NCBI GenBank assembly: GCA_041666685.1
Contig: JBAYGJ010000001.1
Span: 31,749 to 95,748 of the forward strand
From: Patescibacteria group bacterium
GTDB lineage: Bacteria > Patescibacteriota > Patescibacteriia > UBA10025 > JAHIVO01
Length of the DNA stretch: 64,000 nt
Direction: 5' to 3'
The notes under the pieces were generated by a model that did not search any database, was not told the DNA's origin, and saw only the letters and a list, made by a program, of their open reading frames with translations. Positions within the stretch are counted from its first letter, which is position 1, and each line of letters starts with the position of its first letter. The position numbers were made by a program, and so were the translations under genes. Shown here piece by piece: positions 47,292 to 57,021 of this stretch.

Positions 47292-47795
47292 ATGTTTGCC
47301 ACTACCCACATCCTTACCAGTGTCGTTATCAGCCAGCATATTCAAAGCTCCTGGTGGGCGTTTTTCATATCCCTGGCATCCCATTACTTGCTTGACTTGA
47401 TCCCTCACGGAGATGCACCGCTTGGCCCATGGATGACAGTTGACCAAAAAAAACGGAGGCTAATTTATGTTTTGGGCACGGACGCGTTCTGTACAATCCT
47501 CTATTTATCTATCCTATGGCTGTACGGTGACCTGCCCAACCTATCGATCTTAATCCCGGCAATGGTGGGCAGCGTATTGCCAGATTTCATTTGGCTGGTG
47601 AGCTATGTATTAAAAAAACGAGATTTCAAAAAAAACATACTGCCTTTGATTGCCTCTGTCCTGGACCGAGTCAATGCTTTCCATCACGCCATCCATTCTG
47701 TCATTAACCAAAAAATACAAAAACTCTGGCCGGGACTACTGATCCAGCTGATATTTATCGGGGGACTTATCTATCTGACCATCTCATGGCGATAG
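47292..47795 (+). CDS. Hypothetical polytopic membrane protein (possibly YdjM/DUF457-like membrane-bound metal-dependent hydrolase)
   Basis: 167 aa with 4-5 TM helices. His/Asp cluster SHYLLDLIPHGD. The family call is weak. Confidence 0.3.
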   Translation: MFATTHILTSVVISQHIQSSWWAFFISLASHYLLDLIPHGDAPLGPWMTVDQKKRRLIYVLGTDAFCTILYLSILWLYGDLPNLSILIPAMVGSVLPDFIWLVSYVLKKRDFKKNILPLIASVLDRVNAFHHAIHSVINQKIQKLWPGLLIQLIFIGGLIYLTISWR

Positions 47796-48559
47796 GTACG
47801 CCACATCCCATATACGGCCAGAAAAAAAATAATCACACTCAACCATTGCGTTTCGCTCAGCGCCCCGATCATCGGTTTGTGTAAACGGATAAAATCCAAA
47901 GTAAAACGGGTAACTGAAAATAACAAAAAATACAATAGGGTCAAGACTCCTGGCCGAAGTTCCGCTTTATAAAAAAACCTCATCAGTATGCAGAATACCC
48001 CCAGCATCAGAAGCGACTCATACAAAAATAGCGGATGGAAGTACGCAAATGACTCATACCCCGGCTCGCGAAACGCCATATCGATCGGCATGCCCCAGGC
48101 TGAGCCAGTCGGACGGCCATACAGTTCCTGGTTGAAATAATTACCCCAGCGGCCAATAGACTGCATCAACGGCAATGCTATAACCAATAAATCCGTCAGC
48201 AGCCAAAACGACATTTTTTTCCGGTGGGAATACATCCAGATGGCCAGTAAAGCGCCAAACAGAACACCGTGAATGGCCAGACCGCCATGCCATATCTTGA
48301 TGATTTCCGGCAGGTGCCGCACATAATACCCCCACTCGCCGATTATATGCCCCAGTCTACCGCCGACCAATCCAAAACCGAGTATAAGAAAAAACAGGTT
48401 ATACACATGGACCGTATCAACCTGTTTCTTCTTAAAAAAATGTATAGTTAGTAGCAATCCCGCGAAAACCGCGGCAGCCATTATTAATCCGTACCAGCGA
48501 AATGAAAATGAACCGACGGTTGCAGCAATGGCCTGTGGATGGTACGTATTCCAGAACAT
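47771..48559 (-). CDS. lgt: Prolipoprotein diacylglyceryl transferase
   Basis: Lgt signature GRWGNYFNQELYGRPT and the conserved N-terminal GGRLGHII. 7 TM helices. Confidence 0.88.
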   Translation of the reverse strand: MFWNTYHPQAIAATVGSFSFRWYGLIMAAAVFAGLLLTIHFFKKKQVDTVHVYNLFFLILGFGLVGGRLGHIIGEWGYYVRHLPEIIKIWHGGLAIHGVLFGALLAIWMYSHRKKMSFWLLTDLLVIALPLMQSIGRWGNYFNQELYGRPTGSAWGMPIDMAFREPGYESFAYFHPLFLYESLLMLGVFCILMRFFYKAELRPGVLTLLYFLLFSVTRFTLDFIRLHKPMIGALSETQWLSVIIFFLAVYGMWRTYRHEMVR

Positions 48560-48583
48560 TGCAGATATAAATTTTATGAAACG

Positions 48584-49345
48584 TTATTGTGCCAGTGCGG
48601 CATCAATGGCGGACTTGAAACTGGCATATGGCAAGGCGCCGGACACGAGCGTGCCATTGATAAATGTAGCGGGCGTACCATTGACCCCATACCCCTGACC
48701 CTCTGTCTGGTCACCGTTGACTCGGGATGTCGACGTACCTTTATCAAGGCAATCGTTGAATTTTGTAGTGTTCAAACCGAGATCCTTGGCATACCCTTTC
48801 AGATCGGTAACGGTAAGTGCGGACTGATTTGCAAACAATTTGTCGTGCATTTCCCAGAATTTATCCTGGGCCCCGGCGCATTCTGCCGCTTCTGCCGATT
48901 TTTGGGCGTTCGGATGGATGCTCGTCAAAGGGAAATAGCGGTATATTAATTTTACCTTTCCCTTATAATCAGTCATGATTTGGGTTAGCGTCGTGTTTAA
49001 CGTTTCGCAGTACGGACATTCAAAATCAGAGTATTCCACGAGCGTCACTGTTGCATTAGTATCACCTTTAACGTGATCGGTCGCCTTGACCTGAATGTCA
49101 ACTTTTGTCGGAGCAGTGTTTGTGTTAGCGGCCGCAACCGTATTGGTATTTGCCTGGGCAGCCGTATTGGTATTAGTACCCTCTTCCCCATTAATTTTTG
49201 TACGGAGAAGCGAATACGTCATGATAAATGCGACCAAAGCGGTCACGGTGATGCCGGCCAAGATACCGGTAATAAATGCCATCCGCGGCGGCGTCTTGAA
49301 AATTACCGACTGCGGTTTTTCGTCAAAACTTTTCATGTCAGACAT
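48584..49345 (-). CDS. DsbA-family thiol:disulfide oxidoreductase, membrane-anchored (CPYC)
   Basis: N-terminal TM helix and T/N-rich linker. Thioredoxin fold with FECPYC and the cis-Pro region. Confidence 0.75.
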   Translation of the reverse strand: MSDMKSFDEKPQSVIFKTPPRMAFITGILAGITVTALVAFIMTYSLLRTKINGEEGTNTNTAAQANTNTVAAANTNTAPTKVDIQVKATDHVKGDTNATVTLVEYSDFECPYCETLNTTLTQIMTDYKGKVKLIYRYFPLTSIHPNAQKSAEAAECAGAQDKFWEMHDKLFANQSALTVTDLKGYAKDLGLNTTKFNDCLDKGTSTSRVNGDQTEGQGYGVNGTPATFINGTLVSGALPYASFKSAIDAALAQ

Positions 49346-49441
49346 ATACGTACGTTTATTAATAATTATTTTTGTGATTAAAAGTACCGACCCATTGATT
49401 TTATTGTACCATACCCCCCTGACGAGTCAATAATTGCGGCC

Positions 49442-50164
49442 TTATTGTCCATATGCAGCCAACAGCCGATCAATAGCACTCTGCATTTCAGAAAATGTTA
49501 TGACGCCCGGGAAAATCCGCCCATTTATGAAGAATGTCGGCGTTCCCGAAACCCCAGCATTCAGCCCGTCTTCAAAATCCTTCTGTACTTTTATGGTGTA
49601 CGCCCCTTGATCGAGGCATGTGTTAAACTTCTCGGTATCAAGATTGATCTCTTTCGCATAATTCTTCAGGGCTAATACGGACAGATCTGACTGATTGATG
49701 AACATCTTGTCATGCATGGCCCAAAATTTATCCTGAGCCTGTGCACACAAGCCCGCCTCGGCCGCTTTCTGCGCATTCGGATGGCTTTCGGTAATCGGAA
49801 AATTCCGGTATTCAAATTTTATGCTATTGCCGTAATAATTGATCAGCTCCCGGACAACCGTGAATGCCTCCTTGCAATAGGAACACTGGAAATCAGAAAA
49901 TTCAACAATCACCACCGAAGCTGTTAGACTGCCCGTATAGGGGGCGTCAGCCAAATCCACATTCACATTTGTCGATACAGTACTATTGCTATTGTTATTA
50001 CTGTTGATATCCTCAATGCTCTGCCTGACCAGGGTATAAAAATATATTCCACCGACCAATAGTACTCCTATCACGACTGCCGCAGTGATGAATAAGGCCC
50101 TCCACCGACGGGCTTTCCGGGCGGCCGCATAGAACTGATCATTACTGGTGTCAGTCTGTTCCAT
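49442..50164 (-). CDS. DsbA-family thiol:disulfide oxidoreductase, membrane-anchored (CSYC), paralog
   Basis: N-terminal TM helix and N/S-rich linker. FQCSYC active site. Similar overall to the 48584..49345 gene. Confidence 0.75.
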   Translation of the reverse strand: MEQTDTSNDQFYAAARKARRWRALFITAAVVIGVLLVGGIYFYTLVRQSIEDINSNNNSNSTVSTNVNVDLADAPYTGSLTASVVIVEFSDFQCSYCKEAFTVVRELINYYGNSIKFEYRNFPITESHPNAQKAAEAGLCAQAQDKFWAMHDKMFINQSDLSVLALKNYAKEINLDTEKFNTCLDQGAYTIKVQKDFEDGLNAGVSGTPTFFINGRIFPGVITFSEMQSAIDRLLAAYGQ

Positions 50165-50192
50165 AAGAAGAAATTACTGCGCGATCAGCGCT

Positions 50193-50405
50193 TCACTCCG
50201 GAAAAATTCTCCGGCCGTTATCCTCGTATAATTCTATTGCCAGAACCGGGCATGATTTTGCGGCGTCCAGTATTGTCTGGTCATCAGCGCCGTTTTCGTT
50301 TTTCATTTTGACTTTACCTTCCTGGTCAAGCTCAAACACCTCGGGTGCTATAGCCACACATGTGCCGGCGCTGATACATTTATCCCGATCAAGATGAATT
50401 TTCAT
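50193..50405 (-). CDS. Small single-cluster ferredoxin
   Basis: 70 aa. CISAGTCVAIAP...CP cluster-binding pattern. Confidence 0.7.
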   Translation of the reverse strand: MKIHLDRDKCISAGTCVAIAPEVFELDQEGKVKMKNENGADDQTILDAAKSCPVLAIELYEDNGRRIFPE

Positions 50406-50413
50406 ATAAGTCT

Positions 50414-50911
50414 CTATTCTTTTTTGCCGCGCTTGCCTACTTGGTGATCCAACATGAGGATGCCGCTGCTCTTGTCACCGATCATCTTTAACTTCTCGGT
50501 AATTTCGAGCGTACTCGCTTCCTCCTCGACCTGCTCATCAATAAACCATTTAAGGAAACTCTGTGACGGATAATCCTTCTCCTTCAGTGCCAAATCATAG
50601 AGGCTGTCGATGAGTTTGGTAATTTTCTGTTCATGCTGGTAAGCCAGGCTGAACGCCTGGTGCGGTGGCGGCAGTTTAGTCGGAGGCTTTGGTAATGCGG
50701 ATAATTCCGCGGTACCGCCCCTTTCAATGATGAAATTAAAAAATTTGATGGCGTGGGCCAATTCCTCTTCATACTGCAACCGCAGCCACGACCCAAACCC
50801 TTTGAAGTTCATCGATTCATAATACCCGGCCAGTGCCAAATACAGCATGGCCGAATATTGCTCCTCGGCAATTTGCTTATTGAAAGCTGCTTCCACTTTT
50901 TTGTTTATCAT
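50414..50911 (-). CDS. Ferritin-like iron-storage protein (non-heme ferritin family)
   Basis: 165 aa four-helix bundle. Ferroxidase-site residues (E..Y, EEELAH, EQ..E). Confidence 0.7.
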   Translation of the reverse strand: MINKKVEAAFNKQIAEEQYSAMLYLALAGYYESMNFKGFGSWLRLQYEEELAHAIKFFNFIIERGGTAELSALPKPPTKLPPPHQAFSLAYQHEQKITKLIDSLYDLALKEKDYPSQSFLKWFIDEQVEEEASTLEITEKLKMIGDKSSGILMLDHQVGKRGKKE

Positions 50912-50961
50912 AAACGTTGTTTGTTATTGCTTAGTCTTATACACTATACTACATTTTTACT

Positions 50962-51573
50962 CTATTTGGTAGCCATGTAGCTCGCTTCTACAGCCACCCA
51001 ATTAACAGCCTGCCAGAAGGCTTTGATGTAATCAGCCCTGACATTTCGATATTTCAAATAATAGGCATGCTCCCAGACATCCAGCCCTAGCACAGGCGTA
51101 TGGCCGATCGATAAGGGCGAATCCTGATTAACGGTTTTTTCAACCACTAATTTCTGGCCATTCAGGGACAGCCAGGCCCATCCCGAACCGAACAGGTTGA
51201 GGGCAGCCTCGCTCATCAGTTCTTTAAGCTTTTCAAAACTACCGAAGTCTCTCATTATCGCAGCCAATAATTCACCGGTCGGTTCTCCGCCAGCCTTCGG
51301 GCCCAGTGCCATCCAGTACAGATTATGGTTATAATGGCCACCGCCGGCATTCCTGACGGCCAGACGGATATCCTCTGGGATGGCATCCAAATCACTTAGC
51401 AATTTTTCGACCGGCGTTTCGAACAATCCCGGATGCTTCTCGATTGCCATATTCAGTTTCTGGGTATAGGTCTCGTGGTGTTTGTCATGATGCAGGACCA
51501 CAGTCTCTTTGTCGAGATAGGGTTCCAGCGCATCATAGGCATAGGGTAATTGAGGGGTGATAAACTTATTCAT
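50962..51573 (-). CDS. sodA: Fe/Mn superoxide dismutase
   Basis: LPYAYDALEPYLDKETVVLHHDKHH, and the DVWEHAYY metal-ligand motif. Confidence 0.9.
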   Translation of the reverse strand: MNKFITPQLPYAYDALEPYLDKETVVLHHDKHHETYTQKLNMAIEKHPGLFETPVEKLLSDLDAIPEDIRLAVRNAGGGHYNHNLYWMALGPKAGGEPTGELLAAIMRDFGSFEKLKELMSEAALNLFGSGWAWLSLNGQKLVVEKTVNQDSPLSIGHTPVLGLDVWEHAYYLKYRNVRADYIKAFWQAVNWVAVEASYMATK

Positions 51574-51584
51574 AGATATTCCTG

Positions 51585-51974
51585 TTAATTATTTTTCTTA
51601 GGCTCTGCATGGGCGGCCTGCCGCAGCGTCTCCAGAGCTAGTAAGGCGCATTTCCTCCTGGCCGGCGTGATCGGCACGCCCATGTCTTTTATAAAATCGT
51701 CGTCTGAATACTTCTTGAGGTCTTGAAAGCTCTTGCCCGTCGTCTTTTCCGTCAATATCGACGCGGCTGCCCTGGCGATACTGCAGCCGGCACCGTCAAA
51801 CTTCACTTCCTGCAATTTCTTCTTTGCCTTGTCCGTCCGGTAGCTAATACTAATACGATCGCCGCATAGCGGATTATTTCGTTCGGCCACGCCATCGGGC
51901 TGCTTCAAAGTGCCGAAATTCTTCGGTTTCCGTGAATGATCAATGATAATCTGCCTGTACATGTCAAAGCTCAT
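51585..51974 (-). CDS. sufU: Fe-S cluster assembly scaffold SufU / NifU-like N-terminal domain
   Basis: NPLCGDRI, GAGCSIARAAAS, conserved Cys. Confidence 0.85.
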   Translation of the reverse strand: MSFDMYRQIIIDHSRKPKNFGTLKQPDGVAERNNPLCGDRISISYRTDKAKKKLQEVKFDGAGCSIARAAASILTEKTTGKSFQDLKKYSDDDFIKDMGVPITPARRKCALLALETLRQAAHAEPKKNN

Positions 51975-53218
51975 ATGTTGAATAGTTCCTTAGCTTTTTT
52001 TAAAGCATTAGCCAGCGATTGGACATCAGCCTCAGTATTATACAGATAAAAACTGGCCCGCGTGGTCGACTCTACGCCAAGTATTTCGTGCAAAGGCTGG
52101 GCGCAATGATGTCCGGCCCTGACTGCCACCCCCTGCTCATCCAAAATTGAAGCCAAGTCATGCGGATGGATATCTTTCATACTGAAGGAGACAGCGCCGC
52201 CCCGATCTTTGACTTCGCGCGGGCCATAGATCGTCAGACCCGGGATCGCCGTTAATTCTTTGATGGCGAGGGCAGTCAGCTCCTGCTCATGCGAAAATAC
52301 CCGCTCCATCCCGACCGCCTGCAGGTAATCGATCGCCGCGCCAAAACCGATCGTACCGGCGATATTTGGAGTCCCTGCTTCGAATTTCCAAGGCAAATCA
52401 TTCCATCGAGCCTCATGCAACGTCACGTGCGAAATCATGTCACCGCCGGTGAGGAAAGGTGGCATATGTTCGAGTAGCTCGTGTTTACCGTACAACACGC
52501 CCACGCCGGTTGGCCCGAGCATCTTATGGGACGAAAAAACATAAAAATCTGCATCAATTTTTTTCATGTCCACCTGAAAATGAGGCGCACTCTGCGCTCC
52601 ATCCACGAGCACGACAGCTTGCGGTGCTTTTTTTCTGATCTGCCTGACCATTTCCCGCGCTGGGTTAATAGTCCCTAGCACATTAGACATATGCGTGAAA
52701 GCCACCAATTTTGTCTGTTTGGCCAGCAGGGTATCCAAATGTGAAATATCCAAACGCCCATTAGGGGCCACAGGGATAAACGCCAGCTGAGCGCCTTTTT
52801 CTTTAGCCAGTACCTGCCACGGCACCAGATTCGCATGATGCTCCATTTCCGTGAGGACGATACGATCCCCCCGCTTGATATTCTGCCGGCCCCAGGTGAA
52901 AGCCACGAGATTTATGCTTTCGGTGGCATTCCGAGTAAATATTATTTCTGTCGCTGATGAAGCATTGATAAACTGCGCCACCTTCTGGCGGACCAGTTCG
53001 TACGCTTCGGATGCTTTTTCGGAAAGCGTATAAATGCCCCGATGGACATTGGCATAGTATGTCTCATAAAAATCTTTCACTGCGTCAATCACAGCCCTGG
53101 GTTTTTGGGTACTGGCCGTGGAATCCAGATACACCAGCGGCTGGCCGTTGATTTTTTGGGAAAAAATCGGAAAATCAGCTTTTACTTTCTGCCATGATTT
53201 TTTTATAAATGGCGTCAT
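51971..53218 (-). CDS. sufS: Cysteine desulfurase SufS (class V aminotransferase, PLP)
   Basis: SSHKMLGPTGVGVLYGK (PLP Lys), catalytic Cys region, 415 aa. Confidence 0.88.
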   Translation of the reverse strand: MTPFIKKSWQKVKADFPIFSQKINGQPLVYLDSTASTQKPRAVIDAVKDFYETYYANVHRGIYTLSEKASEAYELVRQKVAQFINASSATEIIFTRNATESINLVAFTWGRQNIKRGDRIVLTEMEHHANLVPWQVLAKEKGAQLAFIPVAPNGRLDISHLDTLLAKQTKLVAFTHMSNVLGTINPAREMVRQIRKKAPQAVVLVDGAQSAPHFQVDMKKIDADFYVFSSHKMLGPTGVGVLYGKHELLEHMPPFLTGGDMISHVTLHEARWNDLPWKFEAGTPNIAGTIGFGAAIDYLQAVGMERVFSHEQELTALAIKELTAIPGLTIYGPREVKDRGGAVSFSMKDIHPHDLASILDEQGVAVRAGHHCAQPLHEILGVESTTRASFYLYNTEADVQSLANALKKAKELFNI

Positions 53219-53937
53219 AGGCTATGTGGAAATAATTTTTCTGCAGGCTTGGGCAGTCGGGCCAATATGGGATGGAAAAACCCCTGGATCATATGCTGAA
53301 TCGCCTGGCGATGGGGTAATCCCCGACTCTTCAGATAAAATAGCTGGTCGGTATTTACCCGGCTGGTCGTGGAGCCGTGAGTCGCACGTACGTCATCAGC
53401 CAATATTTCAAGGGTTGGGATCGAGGTTGCCATCCCGCGGTCAAGCAAGAGGACATTGTCGGCAAAATACGAATTTGTCTGATTTGCACCTGGATAAATT
53501 TTCAACAGGCCATTAAACTGGCCGTATGCCGAATCCTCATACACGCCTTTAATAAGTATATCACCTTTCGTATTTTTTGCCTGATGACGCATGGCCACGT
53601 CCAGTGCGTGCCGGTCTGTTCCGAAACCATGGAAAAGCCCCGATACGTACGCTTCCGATGCGATACCGGCGAGTTCGATGGACGCCTTCACCGAAACATT
53701 GTGCGAGCGCGATACCGCCACAGCGAGATGCAACCGGGCATTTTTTTTGAGGGTGCACTCTACTGACGGACTAACTGTCCGCTTGAGACCATTACCCAGC
53801 CAAACGAGATTCAGCTGGCGGCCCGGCTCAATAATAATTTTAAAATCCAATACCGGATGCTTCCGCATATCAATTTCCAGCGTCATGTCCCGTTTTATAT
53901 GTAGGCGTTTGGTTCGTACCATAGTATTAACCGACAC
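53215..53937 (-). CDS. sufD: Fe-S cluster assembly protein SufD (short form)
   Basis: 240 aa. The beta-helix region is homologous to the SufB/SufD C-terminus. It is positioned between sufB and sufS. Confidence 0.7.
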   Translation of the reverse strand: MSVNTMVRTKRLHIKRDMTLEIDMRKHPVLDFKIIIEPGRQLNLVWLGNGLKRTVSPSVECTLKKNARLHLAVAVSRSHNVSVKASIELAGIASEAYVSGLFHGFGTDRHALDVAMRHQAKNTKGDILIKGVYEDSAYGQFNGLLKIYPGANQTNSYFADNVLLLDRGMATSIPTLEILADDVRATHGSTTSRVNTDQLFYLKSRGLPHRQAIQHMIQGFFHPILARLPKPAEKLFPHSL

Positions 53938-55318
53938 TCCCTTCCATTTCCAGCTGAATAAGACGGTTTAGTTCCACCGCGTATTCCAGCGGCAATTCTT
54001 TGGCGATCGGCTCAATAAACCCAGAGACAATCAGATTCATAGCCTCAGGCTCGCTCAACCCTCGGCTGCGCAGATAAAACATCTGCTCCTCGCCAATTTT
54101 TCCGACCGACGCCTCATGCCCGATCTGGACGTCGCTTTCCTTGATATCCATAGTCGGGTAAGTATCTGAACGCGAGCGCTCATCCAGCAGCAAGGCATCG
54201 CAAACAACATTGGATTTCACTCCAGTCATGCCGCGCGGTACCCGAACCAGCCCACGGTACGAAGTCCGGCCAGTTTCCTTGGCAATGGATTTGGAAATGA
54301 TGCGCGACGTAGTCTCAGGAGCCCCATGAATTGCCTTGCCGCCCGCATCCTGATGCTGCCCGGCTCCAGCTAAAGCGATGGAAAGCACTTCGCCGTGGGC
54401 TTTACGGCCGAGCAAATAGACCGACGGGTACTTCATGGTCAATTTACTGCCCAAATTTCCGTCCACCCATTCCATAACGCCCTCTTCATAGACAAAACTT
54501 CTTTTCGTAACCAGGTTGTACACATTCTTTGACCAGTTCTGGACAGTCGTGTATCGGACACGGGCGCCAGGTTTCACGATGATTTCAACAACCGCAGAAT
54601 GCAATGAGTCGGTCGTATAAACCGGCGCTGTACATCCTTCCACATAGTGCACAAAACTACCGGGTTCGGCGATGATGAGCGTCCGCTCAAACTGTCCGGC
54701 ATTGCGCGCGTTGATGCGGAAATATGCCTGCAGAGGAAATTCCACTTTCACACCAGCTGGCACATAGACAAAACTCCCGCCGCTCCAAACCCCAGTATTC
54801 AACGCGGCAAATTTATTATCGCCGGCCGGTATGACACGGCCAAAATATTTTTTTATAATCTCGGGGTATTTCTTCAGGGCTGTGTCCATATCCTCAAAAA
54901 TGACGCCGCTTTTCCCCATCCGGTCCTTCAGGTTGTGGTACACTGCCTCTGATTCATATTGAGCCATGACTCCGGACAAGTATTTTTGTTCTGCTTGGGG
55001 GATTCCTAACCGCCGATACGTGGTCCGGATAGCTGGCGGCACGTCGCCCCAACTCTGGAAAACTTTTTCCACCGGCTTCATATAATAATAAATGTCGTCA
55101 AACTTTATTGTTGACAGGTCTCCGCCCCAGGCGGGGTTTTTCTTCTTTAAAAAAGTTTGATACGCCCTCAGCCGGACATCGAGCATCCACGACGGTTCGC
55201 CTTTCATGTGGGAAATCTCCCGGACGACCTGTTCTGACAATCCCTTCTTCGCCTTAAAAACGTATGACATCGGGTCAGGCCTGGTAAGCATCTCCTGTTT
55301 GGATGCGGTCGTGGGCAT
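53927..55318 (-). CDS. sufB: Fe-S cluster assembly protein SufB
   Basis: 463 aa and SufB-like throughout (…[22 protein letters not shown]…). Confidence 0.88.
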   Translation of the reverse strand: MPTTASKQEMLTRPDPMSYVFKAKKGLSEQVVREISHMKGEPSWMLDVRLRAYQTFLKKKNPAWGGDLSTIKFDDIYYYMKPVEKVFQSWGDVPPAIRTTYRRLGIPQAEQKYLSGVMAQYESEAVYHNLKDRMGKSGVIFEDMDTALKKYPEIIKKYFGRVIPAGDNKFAALNTGVWSGGSFVYVPAGVKVEFPLQAYFRINARNAGQFERTLIIAEPGSFVHYVEGCTAPVYTTDSLHSAVVEIIVKPGARVRYTTVQNWSKNVYNLVTKRSFVYEEGVMEWVDGNLGSKLTMKYPSVYLLGRKAHGEVLSIALAGAGQHQDAGGKAIHGAPETTSRIISKSIAKETGRTSYRGLVRVPRGMTGVKSNVVCDALLLDERSRSDTYPTMDIKESDVQIGHEASVGKIGEEQMFYLRSRGLSEPEAMNLIVSGFIEPIAKELPLEYAVELNRLIQLEMEGSVG

Positions 55319-55322
55319 ATCC

Positions 55323-56066
55323 CTATTCTTTCTTTTTCAGCCAGTCATATCCGCGTTTTTCCACCTGCTGTGCGAGCTCTCGTCCGCCAGACTTCACGAT
55401 CCGGCCATCGATCATCACATGCACGCGGTCTGGTCTAATAAATTTCAAGATGCGGATATAATGCGTAATCACAATGAACGTCCGACTCTCCCCGCGCAAA
55501 CGATTCACTCCTGAGGCAACGGTCTTTAAAGCATCAATGTCCAATCCAGAATCGGTTTCATCCAAAATCGCTAACTTTGGTTGTAGTAACGCCAACTGCA
55601 ATATCTCCAGTTTTTTCTTTTCACCGCCCGAAAATCCGTCATTCAAGCCACGTTCCGCGAGGTCGTGCCGTAATTTCAGTGAGTTGGCTGCTACAATAAA
55701 TCGTTCATGGAACTCCAGCACGGATAGTTGTTTTGTATGGTAGATGGCATTATATGCGGTGCGCAAGAAATGTTCAATCGAAAGCCCGGCCACTTCGCTC
55801 GGGTACTGGAATGACAAAAAAATCCCCAACCGCGCTCGTTCGTCAGGATCAAGCGAGTTGATGAGTTTTCCCGAAAATCTAATGCTGCCTCTAGTGATAG
55901 TAAAACCCGGATGGCCCATAATCACGGAGGCGAGTGTTGACTTGCCTGAGCCGTTTGGCCCCATTACGGCATGGATTTCCCCAGTGCCCACGGACAAATT
56001 TATTCCTTTGAGTATATGTTTTTTACCGGCAGCTGCCTCTAAATTTTTAACTTCAAAATATTTCAT
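55323..56066 (-). CDS. sufC: Fe-S cluster assembly ATPase SufC
   Basis: ABC ATPase with Walker [11 protein letters not shown], signature LSGGEKKK and Walker [11 protein letters not shown]. Confidence 0.9.
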   Translation of the reverse strand: MKYFEVKNLEAAAGKKHILKGINLSVGTGEIHAVMGPNGSGKSTLASVIMGHPGFTITRGSIRFSGKLINSLDPDERARLGIFLSFQYPSEVAGLSIEHFLRTAYNAIYHTKQLSVLEFHERFIVAANSLKLRHDLAERGLNDGFSGGEKKKLEILQLALLQPKLAILDETDSGLDIDALKTVASGVNRLRGESRTFIVITHYIRILKFIRPDRVHVMIDGRIVKSGGRELAQQVEKRGYDWLKKKE

Positions 56067-56184
56067 ACTAAAATATTAATAACAACAGCTTTCTTTATAC
56101 CCGCATTGTAGACAGACCGAGCCCTTACTGCCACGGAGTGACGGCATTGCTTCACCGCAGGTCGGGCAAGCCTGCACGTCCGGA

Positions 56185-56757
56185 TTATCGTTTGGTATGC
56201 TGCTCGGCATGTACCGGTCCATAATAATGGCAATTAGTCTGGAAGCAACAATCTTTGCAGACCGGAGTTTCCTGTTGCAGGTCGTTCAATAATTCACCGC
56301 AGGCCATGCAAAATAATTCCGGGGTTTTCAATTTCGGAGATAATTTTTTCTGGCAATCGGAACAATACCCCCTGATTTCAAAATTGTCAGATCGGACGAA
56401 AAAATTTCCCTTCATTGCCAGAGACCTGGCCAGCGTTGCTAGATGTTGGTCATCTATCTCGTTGATCGAATGGCAGCCCTCGCATACCAGATGTACATGG
56501 GAATCGACCCGGCTCTCATAACGGGTAACCTTGTCTACGACGCATTCCTTAATATACCCGTGGTGCCGCAAAAAATCCAGATTCCGATAAACGGTACCGA
56601 AGCCGATGCTGCGCAGCCTCTTCTTGACCCCGCGGTACACCTGCTCGGCCGTCGGATGTCCGGGTTCATGACGTAAAAACTCCAGAATATCCAGCCGTTG
56701 GCTGGTCAGACGCCAATCGCGGGAATTGGCCTTTTTGGATGCTTTTTTAGCAGACAT
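56185..56757 (-). CDS. Fur-family metalloregulator (Fur/Zur/PerR-like) with extra C-terminal Cys/His-rich tail
   Basis: Winged-helix LTSQRLDILEFL...HPTAEQVY...GFGTVYRNLDFL. Metal sites HVHLVCEGC and CSDC. It has an additional ~45-aa tail with CMAC...CKDCC...C..H. It sits directly upstream of sufCBDSU. Confidence 0.75.
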   Translation of the reverse strand: MSAKKASKKANSRDWRLTSQRLDILEFLRHEPGHPTAEQVYRGVKKRLRSIGFGTVYRNLDFLRHHGYIKECVVDKVTRYESRVDSHVHLVCEGCHSINEIDDQHLATLARSLAMKGNFFVRSDNFEIRGYCSDCQKKLSPKLKTPELFCMACGELLNDLQQETPVCKDCCFQTNCHYYGPVHAEQHTKR

Positions 56758-56766
56758 CTAAAGATT

Positions 56767-56793
56767 GCTTATTAAGAATGATTCTCAATAAGC
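56767..56793. promoter_or_regulatory. 27-bp near-perfect AT-rich palindrome (Fur-family-box-like) immediately upstream of the fur-family gene start
   Basis: GCTTATTAAGAATGATTCTCAATAAGC, with 3 mismatched positions across the 13 symmetric pairs. The core AGAAT-G-ATTCT is a 5-1-5 inverted repeat. It lies 10-36 nt upstream of the ATG, between the ferredoxin stop and the regulator start. Confidence 0.45.
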
Positions 56794-56826
56794 ATATATG
56801 ACAAACGCGTACCTGTCAATATGTCT

Positions 56827-57015
56827 CTATTCTTCGCATGAAATCGCCCGTGTCGGACAGCTGTCGATCGCATCCTGGATAGGCATCCCGTCATAACTAT
56901 CCAGGGGCTTCACCTGCGATTTCCCTTCCAGGTTGAGCTCAAATACCTCGGGACACAAAGCTGCGCAAGTACCGCAACCGGAACATTTCTCCCGATCTAC
57001 CGTTGGTTTGTTCAT
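56827..57015 (-). CDS. Small 4Fe-4S/3Fe-4S ferredoxin
   Basis: 62 aa. CSGCGTCAALCP...CP motif. Confidence 0.7.
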   Translation of the reverse strand: MNKPTVDREKCSGCGTCAALCPEVFELNLEGKSQVKPLDSYDGMPIQDAIDSCPTRAISCEE

Positions 57016-57021
57016 ACTGTT

